Shown: piece by piece, positions 54,982-64,000 of the stretch | Numbering within the stretch: the stretch's first letter is position 1 | How the letters are laid out: every line of letters starts with the position of its first letter | DNA from: a virus | Lineage: Duplodnaviria; Caudoviricetes | IMG/VR virus record: IMGVR_UViG_3300046517_001709 | Location: 424-64,423 of that record | Reading direction: 5' to 3' (one strand) | DNA length: 64,000 nucleotides | The notes under the pieces: model-generated | Seen by the model: the letters and a program-made list of their open reading frames with translations, nothing else | The model's database searches: none | Told to the model about the DNA's origin: nothing | Position numbers and translations under genes: made by a program

Positions 54982-56707
54982 TGGCGCCGCCCTCGGCGGC
55001 CGGGGCGCCCGGCGGCTGCGCCCAGTACGGGCCGTCCTGAGGCGTCGGCATTCCGGCTGGAAGCGCGGCCTGAGGCGGAATCGTCGGCAGCGGCGCAGGC
55101 TCCGGCGGCAACGCGGGCGGTCCCATGATGTCGCCGAGCAGCGCAACGATGAGGCGCTGAATCTGCTGGTCGTCAATGACTCCGGCGGCAACGGCAGGCG
55201 CGAGAGAGCCAAGGGCGGTTCCGATCTTCACGAGGATGCCGGTGCCGAGCTGGAGGTCATCGCCGTCACCGAACCACTCGTCGACCTGGTCCTGGGTGTA
55301 GCCGGCCTCCATGAACGCCTGCTTGTCGGGCAGCCCGGCGTTGAGTTTGGCCAGCAGTGTCTCCCAGCCGGCCTGGTCGTCGATGGCGCCGGCGGACTTC
55401 CAGCGGACGGTGACCTCGGCGTCATCGATGTCCAGCACCTTCAGCGCGAATACGACCATCTCGCACCAGGTGTCGCCGTAGGACTCCTGCCGGTCCTCGA
55501 TCTTCTTCGTGAACGGCTCGTTCGCGGCCCGCCGGGACTCCCCGGATTCCACCGCGCCGGTCGGGTCCAGCCTCGACAGCGGCGTGTCCGTGATCAGCGC
55601 GCCGAAGCGCAGGTACAGCGTCATCGGGTCGGTGAACGTCGCGGGGTCGGCCGGGTCGAACTGGCCGACGCCCTTCACGCCCTGAAGCCACCACACCGAC
55701 CCGGGGTCGGCGGACAGCTGCGACTGCGGGTCGCCGACGCGGGAGGTGGCCCCGGTGTCCAGGGCGTACTGGAACAGGTCCTCGTCCCCGGCGGCGAGCT
55801 CGGAGGAGTCGGCGGTGCCATCGGCAAGGGCGTAGCGCTGCGGGAAAGCCTGGTAGTCCACGCCGGCCATGTGGGACAGGACCAGCTTGCGCAGCGAGTC
55901 CTGGGTGCCGTAGAAGCCCTCGTGCTCGGGGCAGCCGTAGGGGTCGTCGTTGCGGAAGTGGAAGACGGGGATCTCGCCGAACGGGTTCGGGCGCGGCCAG
56001 CCGGGGCCCGCGTCGACATCCTGCGGATCGACGTCGTCGGCGGTGTCGTAGAACGGCACCATGTCCTCGGCTTTGGGGTGCAGCACCCCGGCCTTGGAAA
56101 CGTACTTCTCGATCCGGTCCGGGTAGTACAGGTCGACGCGGACCTTCTTCTGCGCGGCCAGCACCCACTGCTTGATGGCGAACGCCTTCACCTGCGGGTT
56201 CTCGGCGTCGTAGAAGAGCCGCACCGACATCGGGCTGTTGTAGAACACATCGACGTTCTTGATGCCGACGCCGTCCCAGTCGGTGTCCGCCGAGGGCCAC
56301 ACGATCACGTAGGCGTCGCCGTACTCGCTGGCCCTGCGCATGATCTGCTTGGACTGGCGGGCCAGCTTGTTGTCCTTCCACAGGTCGTCGATCAGGGCTT
56401 TCGCGCCGGGCGTGGTGGAGTCGACGGAGGCGATCTCCAGGCGTTCGGCGACGGCCTGCACGGCCTTCTTCGCGAAGTTGAACTTGAACGCCGTCCCGGT
56501 CCTGGCCATGGCGCGACGCAGCCGGACCGTCGCGAACACCTCGGCGCGGGTGCCGTCGTAGTACTCCTCGGCGGCCTGATACGCGCCCATGGCCTGCGCA
56601 AGCTCGCCCATGGCCAGCTCCAGGTCGGAGCCGGGCGCCTGCGACGGAGGCGGGGCGGCGCCGTCGCCGTAGGAGATGGAGGCGACGGACGCGTTCGAGG
56701 TGGCCAC
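54962..56707 (-). CDS. portal protein (SPP1-like)
   Basis: YYDG, NF....V, NPFGEIPVFHF.N, FPQRY, SGES. Confidence 0.9.
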   Translation of the reverse strand: MATSNASVASISYGDGAAPPPSQAPGSDLELAMGELAQAMGAYQAAEEYYDGTRAEVFATVRLRRAMARTGTAFKFNFAKKAVQAVAERLEIASVDSTTPGAKALIDDLWKDNKLARQSKQIMRRASEYGDAYVIVWPSADTDWDGVGIKNVDVFYNSPMSVRLFYDAENPQVKAFAIKQWVLAAQKKVRVDLYYPDRIEKYVSKAGVLHPKAEDMVPFYDTADDVDPQDVDAGPGWPRPNPFGEIPVFHFRNDDPYGCPEHEGFYGTQDSLRKLVLSHMAGVDYQAFPQRYALADGTADSSELAAGDEDLFQYALDTGATSRVGDPQSQLSADPGSVWWLQGVKGVGQFDPADPATFTDPMTLYLRFGALITDTPLSRLDPTGAVESGESRRAANEPFTKKIEDRQESYGDTWCEMVVFALKVLDIDDAEVTVRWKSAGAIDDQAGWETLLAKLNAGLPDKQAFMEAGYTQDQVDEWFGDGDDLQLGTGILVKIGTALGSLAPAVAAGVIDDQQIQRLIVALLGDIMGPPALPPEPAPLPTIPPQAALPAGMPTPQDGPYWAQPPGAPAAEGGANDRTDR

Positions 56708-56764
56708 CTTGCTCCTGACGACGTGTAGATCATCCCTGCGGCCACGGTATTCACGGTGTCCACA

Positions 56765-58387
56765 TCAGAAGGTGTCGTCGTCGTCCTCGTGGCCGTAGAG
56801 CGGGTCGACCGTCGCGCCGCCGGAGCGCTTCTTCCTCTTCAGGAACACATCCACGCCGGTGCCGATGGCATCGACGAGGTCGTCGTTGGTGCCCTTGGGG
56901 AACGCAACGAGCTGCTCCAAGGCGGCAGGGAGCAGCGTCTCGTGCACGACCTGCGGCAGCATCGACAGGCCGGCCGGGACGGCTGGGTCCTGGCCCGACT
57001 TCAGCCGGACCGGCCGCTGCTGGTAGTAACCGAGCAGCCGTGCGGCCCGAACTTCCTTCGCCTCGGACTGGGAGACGGTCTTGATCGGTACGGGCAGGTT
57101 CGTCAGGACGCTGCCCTTCCAGACATCGCCACCCTGGTTCACCTCGACGACGACGCCGCGGATGGTCGGGAACTCGGTGAGGATCTCCATCACCTTCTTG
57201 CGCAGCGGCTCTCCGGGCGCGACCTTGACGGCGACGGCGTAGCGGACGACGCAGCGCCGGTAGGCCGCGGAATAGCCGATGACGGCCAGGGCGGTGTAGT
57301 CCGACTTCTTCTTGGAGGTGACGGCCGGATCGATGGATAGCAGCTCGTGTGTAAGCGCGGGCAGCTCGGCGCGAACGATGTCGTCGGCGTTCCAGTAGTC
57401 GCCGTCGCGCCCCATCGGGTCGTTGTCGTAGTTGAGCTTGTACGAGCGGGTGTGCTCAATCGCCTTCAGGAACTGAAGCGGCCACTTCGACGGCCACATA
57501 CTGCGGCGATCGCCGGTCTCCTCGTCGGTGACGATCGCCCGGTAGTAGTGGACGCGGATCTGCTCGTCGCCGACCCACGCCGCGGGCTCCTCGCCGGGCC
57601 TGGTAACGGTCTTCACGAGGTCGTGGATGATCGAGCCGGGCATGGTGACGGTGCCGGCGATGACGACGCGGGCGCGGATGTTCAGCGGGAGGATCGCGTT
57701 GGTGACCGTGGCGAGGCGCTTGTCCTTCTGGAAGTCGGAGTAGTTGCTCTCGTCGGGTTCGATGTCGTCCAGGATCAGCAGGTCGGGGCGCCGCTTGCCG
57801 ACCTTCATGCCGAGGGTCTTGGCGTCCACGCCCTTGGCGCCGAACACGAACCCGGACTTGGTCACCAACAGAGCCTTGGTGTCCGATTCGTTGGCACCGG
57901 ACGGCCGGCGGCCTGCGATACACAGGTCGGGGAAGTCGGTACGCAACACCTCGTTGCCGTCCAGCTCCCGCTTGAACGTCAGCAGGTGTAGCTCGGCCTG
58001 TGTGCCGGAGTCGGCGAACGCGGCGATGAACTTCTTGTGCCCGTGCGCTGCTGCCCACAGCGGCAGGATCAAGAACAACCAGGTGGTCTTGCCGGATTCG
58101 CGGGGGCAGACGTAGGCATCGCGATCGGCGCGGGGGCGCCGAGTTGGGAGCGCCCACCTCTTGGCGGCCGCGGCCAGCTCGACGTGGAACTCGGACAGGG
58201 TGATCTGCGCGTCCTCGAAGTCGTCCTTGAGGTGGTGCGGCAGATACAGCAGCGCAAACAGCAGCGGGTCGAACTTGGTGAGCTGCCGGCGGCACTCGGA
58301 CACCGCCAGCGACGCCGGGTCGAGATCGGCCAGGTACGCGTCGAGGTCGAACGCGGCTTGCGTGGGCTCAGCGGTGGCTGTGCTCAC
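56765..58387 (-). CDS. terL: terminase large subunit
   Basis: PRESGKTT Walker A; LLILDD Walker B; IDPA..SDYT and FPKG..DDLVDA nuclease domain. Confidence 0.95.
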   Translation of the reverse strand: MSTATAEPTQAAFDLDAYLADLDPASLAVSECRRQLTKFDPLLFALLYLPHHLKDDFEDAQITLSEFHVELAAAAKRWALPTRRPRADRDAYVCPRESGKTTWLFLILPLWAAAHGHKKFIAAFADSGTQAELHLLTFKRELDGNEVLRTDFPDLCIAGRRPSGANESDTKALLVTKSGFVFGAKGVDAKTLGMKVGKRRPDLLILDDIEPDESNYSDFQKDKRLATVTNAILPLNIRARVVIAGTVTMPGSIIHDLVKTVTRPGEEPAAWVGDEQIRVHYYRAIVTDEETGDRRSMWPSKWPLQFLKAIEHTRSYKLNYDNDPMGRDGDYWNADDIVRAELPALTHELLSIDPAVTSKKKSDYTALAVIGYSAAYRRCVVRYAVAVKVAPGEPLRKKVMEILTEFPTIRGVVVEVNQGGDVWKGSVLTNLPVPIKTVSQSEAKEVRAARLLGYYQQRPVRLKSGQDPAVPAGLSMLPQVVHETLLPAALEQLVAFPKGTNDDLVDAIGTGVDVFLKRKKRSGGATVDPLYGHEDDDDTF

Positions 58388-58938
58388 CCATCGGCCTGCG
58401 CCTTCAGTTCCTCCTCGGCCGCGGCGGCCTTCGCCTTTGCCGCGTTGACCATGTCGATGAGTTCGAGGTCCTGCTGCGTGGTCTCGGTGACGGTGGCGTC
58501 GACCTTCATCGCGGCGTCCAGGCCGAGCAGGCGGGCGCGCCGTTCCTGGATCTTCAGGAGTCTGTCGATCGCGGCGAGCGCGGGTCCGGAGTCCTGAAGC
58601 GGGATCTTCTCGCCGTGTTCGTCGGTCCGGTGGACGACGCGGCCGTCGGAGATGACGTAGTGCTCGCGCTCGAGGATGGCCAGGACGAGCAGTTGCATGC
58701 GGTCCAGGCGCTCGATCTCCAGCTCGCGGACTTTCGCGCGCAGCGGGTCGAGGGTTTCGGTGATCTCGCAGTCGATGCGGCGCCAGACGGTCGTGAGGGA
58801 CAGGCCTGTGGCGGCGGCGATGGCGCGCAGGGGCATTCCGCGCAGCCGCATCTCATAGCAGGTGCGCTGCTCCTCGGCGAAGTGCGCGTTGGTGTAGCGA
58901 GGTGGCGCCCATGTCTGGATCTGGGTCATGCGTTCCAC
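58384..58938 (-). CDS. terS: terminase small subunit
   Basis: N-terminal HTH; LE..RLD and ERRARLLGLDA; upstream of terL. Confidence 0.8.
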   Translation of the reverse strand: MERMTQIQTWAPPRYTNAHFAEEQRTCYEMRLRGMPLRAIAAATGLSLTTVWRRIDCEITETLDPLRAKVRELEIERLDRMQLLVLAILEREHYVISDGRVVHRTDEHGEKIPLQDSGPALAAIDRLLKIQERRARLLGLDAAMKVDATVTETTQQDLELIDMVNAAKAKAAAAEEELKAQADG

Positions 58939-58999
58939 AACCTAAGTTCCCTGGCCACAGTCCCGATCTTGTGGCGTTGACCTCAGTATCGCGACGGGT

Positions 59000-59158
59000 T
59001 CAACGCCCGCTGCCGGAGATGCCCTTGACGCCGAGCACGCGGTCGGCGTGCTTCTGCCCCGTGCTCTTCGGCGGCCGGATCGGCTCCTGGGTGCCGTCGT
59101 CGTTCAGGAGGCTGAACACGGCGTCGTGCTGCTTGGCCAGGGGTGTCAGCGCGCTCAT
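59000..59158 (-). CDS. small hypothetical protein
   Basis: ATGA overlap with the ART gene. Confidence 0.5.
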   Translation of the reverse strand: MSALTPLAKQHDAVFSLLNDDGTQEPIRPPKSTGQKHADRVLGVKGISGSGR

Positions 59159-59817
59159 TTGCCGTCCTTGGGCAGTGCGATGAGCCACATGTCCCAGCCT
59201 CCGCGGCTGTTCTTGGCGACTTTGGCGATGGCCATGGGCTGGCCGCGGTCCAAGAGTACTTCGCGCTCGGTGGGGTTGCGGGACAGCCCGGCGGCCAGGA
59301 TCGCGGGTGTGCCCTTGGGGACGGCGATGTGCATGGTGACGCCACCGAGGCCGCCGCCGTAGGGGTCCCCGAGGGCGGTGGAGGCGAAGGCCTTGTCGGT
59401 GATGGTGCGGCCGGTGAGGTTCTGGACGTGGCCGAGGGTGGCGTTGGTGAGGCCGAACGCTTCGGGCTGGACGTGGCGGGTGACGACGAGGTCTTCGGAA
59501 AGTGGCCGCATGGCGGCGTCGATGCGGGCGACTTCGGGGTCGGCGTGGTCGCCGGCGCGCAGGTGCTTGTTGGTGTCGAAGAAGGTGTCGCCGGTGTAGC
59601 GGTTGACGGCGTCGCGCTGGGCCGCGGGGAGTTTGGTGGTGTTGGCGCGCAGGTAGGCGGTGGCTTCGGTGTTGTTGGCGAAGCGGCGGGGATGGAAGTC
59701 GGCCAGGGCTGCGTTGCCGGCGGCTTTCTCGGCGCCGGTGGTTTTCTTGCCGGCGGATCCGGCGCTGAAGCGGCCGCGTTCGTCGCGGGCGTGGAGGGAT
59801 TCGTCCCAGCTGGCCAT
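59155..59817 (-). CDS. VIP2/C2-like ADP-ribosyltransferase
   Basis: YT....N..LR, VTR, FAST, I.VPKGT, ExEVLL.RG (R-S-ExE). Confidence 0.9.
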   Translation of the reverse strand: MASWDESLHARDERGRFSAGSAGKKTTGAEKAAGNAALADFHPRRFANNTEATAYLRANTTKLPAAQRDAVNRYTGDTFFDTNKHLRAGDHADPEVARIDAAMRPLSEDLVVTRHVQPEAFGLTNATLGHVQNLTGRTITDKAFASTALGDPYGGGLGGVTMHIAVPKGTPAILAAGLSRNPTEREVLLDRGQPMAIAKVAKNSRGGWDMWLIALPKDGK

Positions 59818-59947
59818 GTGCTTCTCCCGGTGCGGCCGTGGTCGGGCGGCCCGGGTTCTACTGTCTTCACCGGTTCAACTGCGGCTGCGGGCTTGATCCC
59901 CTGGGGACACTGGCGGCGTCAGGTCAGTCGGCAGACAGGGGCGTGTC

Positions 59948-60856
59948 GTGATCGGTTTCGACTACACCGACCGCATCGACCCGGCCGCGCTGAAGGCGGC
60001 CGGCTGCTCGGTTGTCTTCCGCTACCTCTCGCAGCCCGGCTGGCCCAAAAACCTCGAGCTGGCAGAGTCTCGAGAGTTGCTGGCCGCCGGGATCCCGATC
60101 GTCCTGAACTACGAGACGACTGCGACGTTCATGCGCGGCGGCTACGCGGCGGGCATCGCCGCGGCGCGGTCGGCCCGTGCGCAGGCGAATGCGCTGGGCG
60201 CTCCGGCTGCGGCCCGCATCTACTACTCGGCCGACTTCGACATGACGGCGGCGGAGACCTCGATCGTGATGGCGTTCCTGCGCGGTGCGGCGTCGGTGGA
60301 CGGCGCGGCCGAAGTCGACGCCTACGGGGGTCTGCGGCTGGCGCGGGCTGCCGAGGCGGCCGGGATGCGCCCGTGGCAGACGGTCGCCTGGTCCGGCGGC
60401 GTGTGGGATCCGCAGGACGTGGCCCGGCAGACCGGCGAGCAGCGCACCGTCGGCGGCGTCCAGGTGGACGTCAACGAGATCATCGACTTGGCCGCGCTCG
60501 GAGCGTGGGGCGGCCCGACCACAGGAGACATCGTGACGCCCGAGGATATTCAGGCCATCGCCGCAGCGGTGTATGCCTACGGCAAGGAGGACGTGAACCT
60601 GCCCACCGGCGTGATGCACAACGTGCCGCTGGGGAACCTCGCCCACGGCGCGTGGGTCTCCGTCAACGACCCGAACGGCCCGGTCATCTCCCGCCTGAGC
60701 GCCCTGGAGGCCCAGGTGAAGGCGCTGGCCGTGCCGGCGGTCGACGTGAAGGCGCTCTCGGCTGCGCTCGCCCCGTTGCTCCAGGCTGGCGCGAGCGCGG
60801 ACCAGATCGCGACCGCGGTCGTCGGCCATCTGGCCGTGACCCTGGCGAAGGGCTGA
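59948..60856 (+). CDS. endolysin, DUF1906 glycoside hydrolase domain
   Basis: FRYLS..K.L...E, NYET, IYYSADFD, YGG, WQTVAWSGG, VDVN. Confidence 0.88.
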   Translation: MIGFDYTDRIDPAALKAAGCSVVFRYLSQPGWPKNLELAESRELLAAGIPIVLNYETTATFMRGGYAAGIAAARSARAQANALGAPAAARIYYSADFDMTAAETSIVMAFLRGAASVDGAAEVDAYGGLRLARAAEAAGMRPWQTVAWSGGVWDPQDVARQTGEQRTVGGVQVDVNEIIDLAALGAWGGPTTGDIVTPEDIQAIAAAVYAYGKEDVNLPTGVMHNVPLGNLAHGAWVSVNDPNGPVISRLSALEAQVKALAVPAVDVKALSAALAPLLQAGASADQIATAVVGHLAVTLAKG

Positions 60857-60861
60857 CGGCC

Positions 60862-61296
60862 GTGGGCGTGCTGATGGGGCGGCTCGGCGCCGAGCTGCGG
60901 CATGTCGAGGCGGACGTGGCGGCGCAGATTCGCCGGGCGCATCTGGCCAAGCAGCTGGGCCGGCTGGCGGCCGGGGTCGTGGGGTCGGTGGTGTTGTCGC
61001 TGATGCATGGCGGCCTGGGGCGGTTGGATTCGGAGACTCTGCTGCCGTTGGCGGCCGCGGCGCTGTGGACGCAGTTGGCGAATCTGTGGCCGCAGGTGCC
61101 ATGGGATCTGCTGCGGGTGCGGCTGGGACTGCCGACGATCCCGCCGGGTGGCGCCTCCGAGGCGCGGTGGCATCCGGGCGTTCCCGCCGGTGCTCCGATG
61201 CAGGGCGTTGAGGGCATCGTCGGCCAGACGGCCACCGTCAGCAACCCGTCGGTGCCGGGTCGACCGGACGGCGTCCAGATCAAGCCGGAAGGTTAG
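60862..61296 (+). CDS. putative holin
   Basis: Two hydrophobic segments; follows endolysin. Confidence 0.55.
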   Translation: MGVLMGRLGAELRHVEADVAAQIRRAHLAKQLGRLAAGVVGSVVLSLMHGGLGRLDSETLLPLAAAALWTQLANLWPQVPWDLLRVRLGLPTIPPGGASEARWHPGVPAGAPMQGVEGIVGQTATVSNPSVPGRPDGVQIKPEG

Positions 61297-61344
61297 CCGC
61301 ACTGCTGACCGAGCCCCCGGCCCGTACCCCGCTGGAGGCATCCC

Positions 61345-61713
61345 GTGGCCGCTGAGGACCCGCTGACCCCGGGCGAGATCCGCCGGGCCATTGACCGTTT
61401 GGAGCAGGCGGATCGGACGCTGGGCGACCGCATAACCCAGGTGGCCTCGGACATGCTGCCGGTGAAGCTGTGGGACGCCGAGCACCGCGCACTCAGCAAG
61501 GAGCTTGACCAGCACAAGAAGGACGCCGATGAGGACCGGAAGCGGATCGAGCGCGAGATCGGCCAGGTCAAGAAGGAGGTCAAGGAAGTCCGCGAGGAGC
61601 CGGACAAGCGATCCGAGATCACCTGGACCAAGGTCATTGGCCTGATCACCGCACTGGCCACGCTGGCCGCTGTAATCGTCGGCGTGGTGGGCCTGACGAG
61701 AGGGATCAAGTAA
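61345..61713 (+). CDS. membrane protein, coiled coil with C-terminal TM
   Basis: TPGEI.R..DRL; C-terminal TM; GGAGG RBS. Confidence 0.75.
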   Translation: MAAEDPLTPGEIRRAIDRLEQADRTLGDRITQVASDMLPVKLWDAEHRALSKELDQHKKDADEDRKRIEREIGQVKKEVKEVREEPDKRSEITWTKVIGLITALATLAAVIVGVVGLTRGIK

Positions 61714-62492
61714 TGGCCATCGCATGGGCGAAGGCGCAGCGTCACTGGTGGACGGCGGTGCTGGGGCTGCTGACGGCCGGGTTCCTCGCGGTGCTGATCT
61801 TTATGATGGTGGAGTTGTCGGCGGCGTCGGACCAGCTGGACGGGCTGCGCTCCCAGCAGGCGGCGCAGTCGCGAGTGGTCGGGAGCTTGTCCTCGGGCCT
61901 GTCCACTGCGGAGTCGCAGCTGTCCGAGCACGGCATCAAGCCGCTGCCGCCGCCTCCGCAGCAGATCATCGAACAGGGCCAGGCCGGTCCGCCGGGCGCT
62001 CAGGGCGCTGTCGGTCCCGCCGGTCTGCCCGGTCCGCCCGGCCCTTCGGGGGCGTCGGGCGTGCCGGGCCCCAGCGGGCCGTCAGGTCCCGCCGGTCCGA
62101 GCGGCGCGCAGGGTGCTACCGGGGCGTCCGGTGCCCCGGGAGCCGACGGTGCGACCGGGGCGCCTGGGCCTCCCGGCCCGTCGGGTGCACCTGGCGCGGC
62201 CGGGAGCCCCGGGCCGGCCTGCCCGACCGGCTATACGCTCGCGCCGGAGACGATCCACGGGAACAACGCGCTGGTGTGCGAACAGGTGCCGAGCCCGTCA
62301 TCGTCGCCGCCCGGCTCGATACCCGCACCGTCCCCGGCGGCCGTCCGTAACACGGCCCACGCTGGCCGCGCCAGCGCCCCAGTGTTGAGAACTGAAAGCT
62401 CAACATCGCCGTCCCCGCCGCCTGCGCACCGGTCCGGGCTGGTGCTGATGCTGCTGAGCCTGTTGAAGCTGCCGCGGGAGCAGCGCGTGTAG
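61713..62492 (+). CDS. membrane-anchored collagen-like protein
   Basis: N-terminal TM; 27 Gly-X-Y triplets; CPTGY..LVC. Confidence 0.85.
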   Translation: MAIAWAKAQRHWWTAVLGLLTAGFLAVLIFMMVELSAASDQLDGLRSQQAAQSRVVGSLSSGLSTAESQLSEHGIKPLPPPPQQIIEQGQAGPPGAQGAVGPAGLPGPPGPSGASGVPGPSGPSGPAGPSGAQGATGASGAPGADGATGAPGPPGPSGAPGAAGSPGPACPTGYTLAPETIHGNNALVCEQVPSPSSSPPGSIPAPSPAAVRNTAHAGRASAPVLRTESSTSPSPPPAHRSGLVLMLLSLLKLPREQRV

Positions 62493-62517
62493 TCTGGCGT
62501 CGCGGCTCCTATGAAGC

Positions 62518-62554
62518 GAGCGGCCCCGTCCCTATCGGCAGGACGGGGCCGCTT
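62518..62554. terminator. bidirectional terminator hairpin
   Basis: 14-bp stem between convergent genes. Confidence 0.75.
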
Positions 62555-62566
62555 GTGCATCCGGGC

Positions 62567-62950
62567 TCAACTTCGGGTGCGTGACCGCTCGGTGTCGTAG
62601 GGGTCCGCGGCGAGGGATGCCGGCAGCGGCGCCATGCGGTAGGCGTCGTGCGACGCAGACACGGTACGACGGCCACGGAAGACGGCGACGGCCCGGCCGA
62701 CGAGGTTGCGCCGGTAGGCCCAGCGGCAGCCGTAGCACGCCCAGAGCGCCGCCCAGGCCGTGACTTCCAGGGCCCACAGTTCGAGCAGGAGCAGCCACGC
62801 GGACAACATCAGCATGCCGACGAAGGCGCCTGCGACGGGGTGGTGGCGATGGTGGTGCGCGCGTCGGGAGTGTCCGCGGGCGCCCGGGATGTTCGGCACC
62901 GGCGGAAGGGTGTGCATCCAGGCGTCGAGGCTGGCGTGGCGCTGTGTCAT
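62567..62950 (-). CDS. membrane protein
   Basis: Central hydrophobic segments. Confidence 0.6.
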   Translation of the reverse strand: MTQRHASLDAWMHTLPPVPNIPGARGHSRRAHHHRHHPVAGAFVGMLMLSAWLLLLELWALEVTAWAALWACYGCRWAYRRNLVGRAVAVFRGRRTVSASHDAYRMAPLPASLAADPYDTERSRTRS

Positions 62951-62984
62951 GGGCTTGTCCTGTGGGCGTAGCGGTGTTCGGATG

Positions 62985-63665
62985 TCAGCTGAGCTGCCAT
63001 TGCGCGACCGGGCCGCTTCCGGCGTCCAGGACGATCTGGACGCTGGCGGGTTTCGCGCTGTTCGCGATCTCGAAGGTGATGACGCCTTCGGTCGTGCCGC
63101 CCGGCTCGATGACGACGTGCGAGGTGAACATCTGGCCGCTGGCGGTACTGGCCAGGATCGGCCCGTAGTGCTGCCCTGCGGTGTCGATGACGCCGGCGCC
63201 GACGGTGGGTGCGCCGTTGCCGTTCCAGGCCGCGCTGCCGTGGTTGTCCAGGCGGATTTCGGCGCTGACGAAGTGCTTGCCCACGTCTGCGACGGCGTGG
63301 TTGGCGACGGCCGGGTTGTCGAACTTGATCAGCGTGGCGGTGATGTCCTCGCCGTTCGGGCCCTTCAGCGCGACGGCGCCCCCGACGGCGGGGTGCCTGT
63401 CGGATTTCGGCGGCGCGGCGGGGACGGGCTGGCCGGTGACAGCGGCACCGGGCGCGCCGGCTGCCTGCTGGGGTGCGGCCTGCGGGGTATCGGTGGTCTT
63501 CCCGCGGGCGAGGTATCCGGCGGTGAAGCCGATGCCGAGCGTGAGGACGGCGATGAGGGTGACGAGCCACAGCGGTACGGCGACGCCGCGCCGTGGCGGT
63601 GTCCCACCTGCGGGCGGTGTGCGGCGGTGCAGTGCGCGCGTGGCGGTTTCGTCCCGAGACTCCAC
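62985..63665 (-). CDS. DUF4352-like membrane-anchored Ig-like protein
   Basis: N-terminal TM; V..EIRLDN.G, D..G..Y, I.PG...EG.ITFE. Confidence 0.75.
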   Translation of the reverse strand: MESRDETATRALHRRTPPAGGTPPRRGVAVPLWLVTLIAVLTLGIGFTAGYLARGKTTDTPQAAPQQAAGAPGAAVTGQPVPAAPPKSDRHPAVGGAVALKGPNGEDITATLIKFDNPAVANHAVADVGKHFVSAEIRLDNHGSAAWNGNGAPTVGAGVIDTAGQHYGPILASTASGQMFTSHVVIEPGGTTEGVITFEIANSAKPASVQIVLDAGSGPVAQWQLS

Positions 63666-63737
63666 GAGTTCCCCCCTCGTAGCTGAGAGTGCTGACGTTA
63701 CGCCGGGCTGTCCGTGATCGCCATCGCCAGGGCGTGC

Positions 63738-63772
63738 GAAAGCCCGGCCCCGTGCATTGGGGCCGGGCTTTC
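63738..63772 (-). terminator. intrinsic terminator after tRNA-like gene
   Basis: Perfect 14-bp stem GAAAGCCCGGCCCC/GGGGCCGGGCTTTC. Confidence 0.8.
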
Positions 63773-63773
63773 A

Positions 63774-63881
63774 TGGTGCGGCCCGGCGGGACTCGAACCC
63801 GCGACCGACGATCTCAGCGGGCTTGGCTCCGGCCGGGAGCGCCTACCGCACACGTACCTCTTCCGTCTGAGCTACGGGCCG
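63774..63881 (-). ncRNA. tRNA-like RNA lacking a canonical anticodon arm
   Basis: Acceptor CGGCCCG/CGGGCCG; UA-GCUCAGACGGAAGAG D arm; GCGGG-UUCGAGU-CCCGC T arm; 3' ACCA; about 55 nt between D and T arms. Confidence 0.65.
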
Positions 63882-64000
63882 TACCAGCGCCGCGCCCGTC
63901 GGGCTCGCACGGGGGATTGAGTCCGTCGGGCGCGGCAGTCTCAGGGTAACGCGCTCGCTACATCGCCGAGTCGAACGCGGCCACCGGCGGCTTCGGCGCG

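Larger units (their letters stand above)
1..64000. mobile_element. Actinobacterial siphophage/prophage region (ends not visible)
   Basis: Complete terminase-portal-capsid-tail module, lysis genes, recombination and replication genes, dense overlapping small ORFs. Confidence 0.95.

Noticed and set aside
54692-56728. 678-aa + strand ORF
   Set aside because: Shadow of the portal gene.
8208-59817. Phd-like gene and ART as a toxin-antitoxin pair
   Set aside because: Not linked, and in different transcription units.
59143-61296. 717-aa + strand ORF
   Set aside because: Overlaps the ART antisense and the endolysin out of frame; only the 3' part (from 60862) looks like a real gene.
63774-63881. 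Canonical tRNA or YrlA Y RNA
   Set aside because: No 5-bp/7-nt anticodon arm. The ends lie at the acceptor stem, unlike YrlA, and no Ro/Rsr gene is seen in the window.
1-64000. Integrase, immunity repressor and att sites
   Set aside because: None recognisable in this window, so temperate status and prophage boundaries cannot be confirmed.

Overview
The whole window is a high-GC actinomycete (Streptomyces-like, inferred) siphophage or prophage genome; no integrase or att site is visible in it. A long + strand arm (1-37.7 kb) encodes a YqaJ exonuclease and ERF annealase, two DNA methyltransferases (5mC and a ParB-fused amino-MTase), a replication initiator with internal iterons, LuxR/XRE/WhiB regulators and many small hypothetical genes. 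The same arm carries a glycosyltransferase/methyltransferase/epimerase cluster next to a Thr-rich collagen-DUF4082 protein, four tandem DUF6221 paralogs and a Mec-like JAB peptidase. A convergent - strand morphogenesis operon (59.8-37.8 kb) runs ADP-ribosyltransferase, terminase, portal, MuF, scaffold, capsid, head-tail, tail, -1 frameshifted chaperones, tape measure and tail tip. A divergent lysis cassette and a tRNA-like RNA lie at the right end. Best candidate new systems: (1) matching leaders ending in Gly-Gly on scaffold and capsid, resembling a CysO/ubiquitin-like C-terminus, with a phage JAB peptidase and no canonical prohead protease; (2) a WhiB-headed glycosylation cluster with a BclA-like collagen substrate; (3) two structured RNAs, one 6C-like and one tRNA mimic. 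All family calls come from motif recognition by eye, not from database searches.
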